A stretch of 64,000 nt of DNA from a virus (taxonomy: Duplodnaviria; Caudoviricetes), in the IMG/VR virus record IMGVR_UViG_3300047322_000561, positions 2,030 to 66,029 of that record, one strand, 5' to 3'. Shown here piece after piece: positions 58,271 through 64,000 of this stretch. The notes under the pieces were generated by a model, which saw only the letters and a list, made by a program, of their open reading frames with translations, did not search any database and was not told the origin of the DNA. Numbering within the stretch: the first letter of the stretch is position 1; each line of letters starts with the position of its first letter. Made by a program: the position numbers and the translations under genes.

Positions 58271-59842
58271 ATGCCCTACGCATCCACCAAAGACGCTCTC
58301 GAGGCCAAGCGCGACGGCTACGCGCTCGAGCTCGAGTGGCACAAGTTCTTGCTCGACAGCTACACGGGCGCGGGCGGCTACCTCGGCCGCATCAAGCAGG
58401 ACGCCGCGGGCTTCTGGGGCATCGTCACGCAGACGTACAGCAAGTTCGCGACGCTCAGCAAAAGCGTGGTCGAGGCGTCGCACAGCTACCTCGACCGCTT
58501 CAACGCAGAAGACTCGATCAAGTACCAGCGGCGCGTCGACGTCGCGCACTACCTCAACTACGTCGAGCCGACGACTGCGATCAAGGTCGGCTACATCGCG
58601 CGCAAGCCCCACAAGCGAAACAACGTGCCGCCCGAGCTGCTCGAGTGGATCGATCGCACCGGCTACGACAAGGACCTGCGCAGGCGCGCGCTCGTCACGG
58701 CGGTGCTCGGCTGGTTTCCGATGCTGGTCGACCTGCCGAGCTCTCCGCGCGAGGCGCTCACCGTCGAGCAGACGGGCAAGCTCGAGCCGTACGTCGTGCT
58801 CAACCTGCCCTGTCACCTGTTCGACTACGAGCTCGACGACGACGGCGCGTTCGTCTGGGCCAAGCTCGGCGTGACGTTCACGCGCAAGGCTTCGTGGGAC
58901 CAGGACGCAGAGCGGGTCACGCGCTACACGGTCTGGACGCGCACCGACTGGACCGTCTACGAGGTCTCGGGCGAGCTCGTCGGCGCGCCGACGCATGGCG
59001 CGCACAACTTCGGCGCGGTGCCTATCGTCTCGTGGCGTGCGGACACGAGCGTCGAGGACAGCGTCAAAGCCAAGAGCGTCAACGCCAACATCGCGCTTGA
59101 GTGCCGGCGTCTGTTCAACTTGATCTCCGAGATGGACGAGCACATCCGCTGCCAGGTGTTTGCGCAGCTCGTCTGGCCAGGCGCTGCGCCTGCTGCGAAC
59201 AACACGGGCACGGGCGGCGTCTCGACCGGGCTCGTCATCAGCGACCAGGCCAAGGTGGTGCCGTTCTACCTCGCGCCGCCGGCGAGCATCGCCGCGACGC
59301 TCGAGGCGCGCATCGTCGCCACCATCATCGAGATCTACCGCATCAGCGGCGTCGAGTATGCGAAAGCGAGCGGCGTCAACACGTCTGCCCAGAGCAAGGA
59401 AGTCGAGTTCGAGAAAACGAACGTGGCCATCGTGAGCTTGGCGCAGGCGCTGGCGCGCGCAGACCGCGACACGCTCATCCTGGTGGGGCGCGGTCTTGGC
59501 GTTGCCGAGGAAGCGCTGCAGGCCATCGAGTGCACGGCGCACGAGAGCTACGCGGACGCAGCGCTCGGCGACGAGCTCGAGCAGGTCACGCAGGCGCTGT
59601 CGCTCAACATCGGGCGGCAGGCCAAAGTCGAGATGCTGCAGCGCCTCGTCCAGAAGCTGCTGCCCGGCCTCGCCAGCGACACCAAGCTGACCATCGACGG
59701 CGAGATCGAGCAGGAGATCGACCAGGCGCAGAAGGACAAGGAAGCGGCCACCGCTGCGCTCACGGAGGGCGCAGCCGAGCCTGACGACGGCGAGCCGCCG
59801 CCGCCGCCCCAGGACGACAAGCAGCAGCGGGAGGCAGCGTGA
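58271..59842 (+). CDS. portal protein
   Basis: 523 aa after TerL; Y.RR..A.YLNY, HNFGAVP, S..SKE.EF. Confidence 0.88.
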   Translation: MPYASTKDALEAKRDGYALELEWHKFLLDSYTGAGGYLGRIKQDAAGFWGIVTQTYSKFATLSKSVVEASHSYLDRFNAEDSIKYQRRVDVAHYLNYVEPTTAIKVGYIARKPHKRNNVPPELLEWIDRTGYDKDLRRRALVTAVLGWFPMLVDLPSSPREALTVEQTGKLEPYVVLNLPCHLFDYELDDDGAFVWAKLGVTFTRKASWDQDAERVTRYTVWTRTDWTVYEVSGELVGAPTHGAHNFGAVPIVSWRADTSVEDSVKAKSVNANIALECRRLFNLISEMDEHIRCQVFAQLVWPGAAPAANNTGTGGVSTGLVISDQAKVVPFYLAPPASIAATLEARIVATIIEIYRISGVEYAKASGVNTSAQSKEVEFEKTNVAIVSLAQALARADRDTLILVGRGLGVAEEALQAIECTAHESYADAALGDELEQVTQALSLNIGRQAKVEMLQRLVQKLLPGLASDTKLTIDGEIEQEIDQAQKDKEAATAALTEGAAEPDDGEPPPPPQDDKQQREAA

Positions 59843-61420
59843 CGCTCACGGACGGCAGGCTTATCGAGCTCGAGGACAAGGCGCTCGCGTCGCGCTCGTC
59901 GACGGTGCCCGAGGCGTGCTTCAACGTGAGCGTGCACGGCGGCGACCTGCTCGCGCTCGTGCAGCTGGCGCAGCAGCTCGACGTGCTGCGCGCGATGCCA
60001 GGCTTCAAGGCGATCGCTGCCACGCTGCGCAGCGACTACGCCGAGTGGCTCTACAACGAGCAGACCGGGCAGGAGGAGTACCCGGGCGAAGCCAAGGACT
60101 GGCGCGAGGCGTACGCGGTGCTGCTGCTGCTCCTGCAGGAGGCGCTGTGACGCTGACCAAGCAGCAGGTCGGCCAGATGACCGTCGCGACGTGGGTCGTC
60201 GTGCTCGCGCTGTGGTTCGGGGCGATCGTCGTTGGGCTGCCCTGGCTCGCCAGGCGCGACCGTCGCGCGTGCATCGAACGCAACCTGAAGAGCGGGCAGC
60301 CGCTCGGCGTCGCTGAGGAGGTCTGCCAGTGAGACACAACCACGAAGACCAAGTCGTGCGCGTAGGCTGCGCATTCATGATGCTGGCGCTCGTCGTCGCT
60401 TTCCTGGCGAGCCTGCCGCTGTTCGACCAGCTGCTGAACGACGCCGACGCGCTGCACCGCGACGTCGAGGAACGAGGCCACCGATGAAGCTCGCCCGCAT
60501 ACGCCTCGAGTTCGACCTGCGGCATGCATGGGTCGGCGTGTCCTGGGATGACCGGCCCGTCGTCGACCAGCTCGTCATCGTCGAGCGACGCCTGCCGAGC
60601 GGCACGCGCATCGAGCGCCTGGTGCACCCGCGGCACCTGCACGTCTACCTTTGCCTGATTCCCTTCGTGGCGCTGCACGTCGAGTTCTCGCTCGGCCTGC
60701 CGCGCGAGGAGCCCACGCCATGAGCCAGTCCTGGACCATCAGCATGGGCGACTACCCGGCCGGCTTCGAGAGCGCGCGTCTGCTCGTCGCGACGTTCCTG
60801 GGCATGTCGATGGTCGTCGCGTGCGACAGCTTCGACACAACCTTCACCGTCATGCTCGAGGCAGACGACGGCACGTGTCCGGTCGAGGTTACGCCCGCAT
60901 CGTTCGCGAGCATCGCGGTCTCGTGCGCAGCCGTGCGCAAGCAGCCGCGTAAGCCGCTCATCGTGCTGCAGCGGCGCGACGTCGACAGGCCGTTCTCGTT
61001 CGTCCAGTTCGCCGACGCGGACGAAGCGAGTGTGCTCTTGACGCAGGCGCAAAGGGAGACACCACAGTGAACATCACCGCGCACGAGGTTCTCACCTGCG
61101 ACGTGTGCGGACGCAGGATCGAGCGCCTGCGGTCAGCAATGCTGGCGTGGACGGTTGAATCTGACGATCGCGTGTCAGCGCTGAGACTGTCTCACAAGGG
61201 CGAGTGCGACGACGACAAGCGCTACTACTTCGATGAACTGGACGTCTACGCGCATCCGGCGTGGGCTCTGCGCAAGCTAATGCACCTGCACCTGTTCTAT
61301 CTGTTCACGGCAGAGCAGGCGCGACGACTTGCGCTTATCGCATGGGCCGCGTCTGCCGTGGCGACAGCTGAGGAAAAACGCAGAAGCGTATCCTACGGAC
61401 AGTTCTTGATGTCGATGTAG
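59839..61420 (+). other. six coupled small CDS after portal (59839-60150, 60147-60332 TM, 60329-60487 TM, 60484-60723, 60720-61070, 61067-61420)
   Basis: RTGA overlaps with GGAGG-type RBSs. Confidence 0.6.
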
Positions 61421-61483
61421 TGAGCAAGCATCCACCGCTCTTTCACAACGAGCGGCAAGGACGACGCGGGGGGATGAAGAGCC

Positions 61484-62170
61484 ATGGTCTATTTCGTAAT
61501 CGGCGAGGGCACTCGCATGCTCAAGATTGGCAAGGCCGACGACGTCGCGCTGCGCGTCAAGGATCTGCAGGTCGGAAGCCCAGCGGTGCTGCGTGTCGCG
61601 TTGCTTTGCTCGGGCGGACTTGCCGAAGAGGGCGCGCTGCACAGACGCTTTGCGGAGCATCGCCGGCACGGCGAGTGGTTTGTCGCGGATGCGATTCTGA
61701 GCGAGTGCGCGGCATGGACAGAGGAGACGCGAGTCTGCCAGGCGTGCGGTCATGAACGCGACCGCCACGCACAACGCTTCTGCCGCGCGCGCATCGAGCG
61801 CTTTCGCGCAGTGTACGGCCGCGCTCTTCAGGAGCGACACCAGTACCGGTGCCTCTATCGAAGCGAGAACGGCAGGGCTTGCCGCACGCAAGTGCGAGGC
61901 GCGCTCTTCTGCGCGCAGCACGCTAGGCCGCACACGCCGTCTGAGCAGGAGCTCGACTGGGAGTACGGCGGGCCTCGGGCAGTCGAGCGTGCCGCTGAGG
62001 ACAAGCTTTGGGTAGACAGGCGCGAAGCAAAGTATCGCGCGATCGAGGAGTACAACGCCGCAGAGCAGATAGCGTGGGACGCGCGTCGTCACGCCGATCA
62101 GCGCGCACGAGAGCAGGAGACGCTGGACGCCCAGGTCCGGCTCGCTGCGCGTCAGGCAGTCGGGCAGTGA
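61484..62170 (+). CDS. GIY-YIG (T5orf172/MUG113-like) domain protein
   Basis: VYFV......KIG......R...LQ.GSP..E..LH.RF..HR..GEWF. Confidence 0.85.
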   Translation: MVYFVIGEGTRMLKIGKADDVALRVKDLQVGSPAVLRVALLCSGGLAEEGALHRRFAEHRRHGEWFVADAILSECAAWTEETRVCQACGHERDRHAQRFCRARIERFRAVYGRALQERHQYRCLYRSENGRACRTQVRGALFCAQHARPHTPSEQELDWEYGGPRAVERAAEDKLWVDRREAKYRAIEEYNAAEQIAWDARRHADQRAREQETLDAQVRLAARQAVGQ

Positions 62171-62189
62171 AGAGCGGGAGGCGCGCGCC

Positions 62190-62825
62190 ATGAGCGACGA
62201 CACTGAGACGGACTACCCGCAGGACTATGACCAGCTGGAGCGCGCCATCAGGCGCACTCCAAAGCTGCACATGCCGGGCGTTGCGACGAAGCTGCGAGCG
62301 CTTGGCTATCTGACCAGCCTAGTCGAGCGCAACGACGCATGCCTGAACCGAAGTGGCGAGCGACCAGTCGGGGCGATTCTGCTGTGTCCGTACAGCTCAC
62401 CGCAGCACTGGGACCACACGAGGCCGCTGATCTGGCGATGGCACGTCGATCACCACATGGTGAAGTTTCCACTACGCTCTTACAGAGAGCTAAGTCTTGA
62501 GTGCTCACGCGACCGTGACCCGTACCGCAACCCATACTGGACGCGTGCCGCAGACCAGCAGCGCAAGCTAGAGCTGTCCTGCCTGCCTTCTGAGCTGTCT
62601 GACATCGCTGCATGGCTGCCAGCATGGATCGACGCGCGCGACCGTGGAGAGCCGCACCCGAGCTGCAATGTCGCGATGTCGCGTAGTGGAGACGTGCTGG
62701 ACTACGCGTGGACGGCTAGCGCTGCGCGGGAGATGGACGCTTGGCAGCAAGCGCAGCAGCAGCGCGAACTCGCACGCCAACAACAGCGACAGGCGCGCGA
62801 GCGCCGGCAGGAGACCGATGCCTGA
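62190..62825 (+). CDS. hypothetical protein
   Basis: GGAGG RBS; atypical codon use. Confidence 0.55.
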   Translation: MSDDTETDYPQDYDQLERAIRRTPKLHMPGVATKLRALGYLTSLVERNDACLNRSGERPVGAILLCPYSSPQHWDHTRPLIWRWHVDHHMVKFPLRSYRELSLECSRDRDPYRNPYWTRAADQQRKLELSCLPSELSDIAAWLPAWIDARDRGEPHPSCNVAMSRSGDVLDYAWTASAAREMDAWQQAQQQRELARQQQRQARERRQETDA

Positions 62826-64000
62826 CAAAGCGCTCACGCTGTACCGCGCAGAGCTGCAGAAGCTGCTAGGCGCCATCCGCCGCGGCGAGCTCGAGCTCGA
62901 GGCCGCGCACTCGCAGCTCGCGACCGACGTCATCGCCAAGCTGCGCGAGGCAACCAAGACGCGCCGCACGACTGCGCAGCTCGAGCAGCTGTTCGATGCG
63001 GAGTTCGCAAAGACGTTCCCGAAGCGCGTGCGCATCGTACGCACGAACATCCGCGAGGGCGCAGACGCAGGACCCGCAGTCGGCAAGCGGACGTTTCGCG
63101 CGGTGCTCGGCGAGGACGTGGTCGACTCGCAGGTACGCGAGACAGCGGGCGCGATGGCCGAGGCGGCAGACCGCATCGCCGGCCGCATCACCGTCGACAA
63201 GGTCGGGCTCACCAAGCGCATGCGGCGCGTCGACCGCGAGGTCTCGCAGGGCATGGCGCAGGAGGTGCAGCGCGGCATCAAGCAGCAGCGCGGCATCCTC
63301 GGCGCAGCGCGCAAGATCGAGCGCATCGACCCGCGTAGCGTCGAGCTGCCCAAGTACCTGCAGGAGCTCGAGGCCGCCGCACGCGCAGGCGACAAGGGCG
63401 CAGTGCGCGACATCGCGCGCAGCTACACCAAGCGCATCGCCCAGCTCGGCGAGGTGCAGACTGACGGCACGTTCCTCGCGAGCAAGTACAGCCTCAAGAG
63501 CGCCACGAAGAAGTTCGTCGCGGACGTGCAGACCGCGAGCAGCAAGCAGCTCGACGGCGTCGTGAAGCGCTACGTGAAAGAGAAGCTGGCGTATCAGGCC
63601 AACCGCATCGCGCGCAGCGAGACGGTCGAGGCGATGCGCCAGAGTTACGTCAAGCAGATGGGCGACAAGGCCGGCGTGGTCTGCTTCCAGTGGACGCTGA
63701 GCAACCGGCACGCGTCGGCGCTGCACGGCGGCTCGCGCGAGGACGTCTGCGACATCCTGGCCAACCAGAACGCGTACGGCCTCGGGCCAGGGCGCTACCC
63801 CGCTGCGCACGTGCCGAAGCTGCCGCACCCGAACTGCATTCCGCCAGGGCACATGATCGAGACCAGCGAGGGCGACGTGCCGATCGAGCGCATCGTGCCG
63901 GGCATGCTCGTGCGCACGCACTCAGGCGCGCTGCGATCTGTGCTGCGCCTGAGCGTGCGCTCGTGGCGTGGGGCGCGTGTGGTCGCGCCGATAGGCGCCG
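62818..64000 (+). CDS. head morphogenesis/minor head protein, runs off the window (not in the ORF track)
   Basis: Open frame from ATG 62818: A.RIARSET, QWTLS..H, DVCD.LA, GLGPG.YP....P..PHPNC. Confidence 0.85.
   Translation, partial: MPDKALTLYRAELQKLLGAIRRGELELEAAHSQLATDVIAKLREATKTRRTTAQLEQLFDAEFAKTFPKRVRIVRTNIREGADAGPAVGKRTFRAVLGEDVVDSQVRETAGAMAEAADRIAGRITVDKVGLTKRMRRVDREVSQGMAQEVQRGIKQQRGILGAARKIERIDPRSVELPKYLQELEAAARAGDKGAVRDIARSYTKRIAQLGEVQTDGTFLASKYSLKSATKKFVADVQTASSKQLDGVVKRYVKEKLAYQANRIARSETVEAMRQSYVKQMGDKAGVVCFQWTLSNRHASALHGGSREDVCDILANQNAYGLGPGRYPAAHVPKLPHPNCIPPGHMIETSEGDVPIERIVPGMLVRTHSGALRSVLRLSVRSWRGARVVAPIGA
63835..64000 (+). mobile_element. intein, N-terminal part
   Basis: After HPN: CIPPGHMIETSEGDVPIERIVPGMLVRTHSG (Hint block A-type sequence). 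Confidence 0.85.

Overview
The window is almost the whole genome of one high-GC temperate myovirus, circularly permuted. It opens just before the major capsid gene and ends inside an intein-containing head-morphogenesis gene. I saw no host chromosomal genes, tRNAs or CRISPR arrays. Layout: head, Mu-like contractile tail and baseplate (1-19.8 kb); accessory block with a cytochrome-c lipoprotein, a lectin-like repeat protein, a GH5 hydrolase, TnpB and a ParB-MTase (19.8-29 kb); leftward block with four RHH paralogues and a wHTH initiator (29-34.5 kb); ParA plus RHH partition operon and many small genes (35-42 kb); Cre-like recombinase (42.2 kb); SSB/Sak4/Gp157 recombination genes; CI/Cro switch (51-52 kb); second replication gene, RuvC-like resolvase, terminase and portal. 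The best candidate for an undescribed system is a plasmid-prophage maintenance module whose cis elements can be read directly: an antisense RNA with a CGCCAA loop, DnaA boxes inside rep, three 11-bp-period RGAGCC arrays (two inside the par coding sequences) and a lox-like site. Pro-Asp-Ala-Gly linkers and the lipoprotein style suggest a Myxococcota host (inference). All calls come from reading motifs by eye; no database searches were run.
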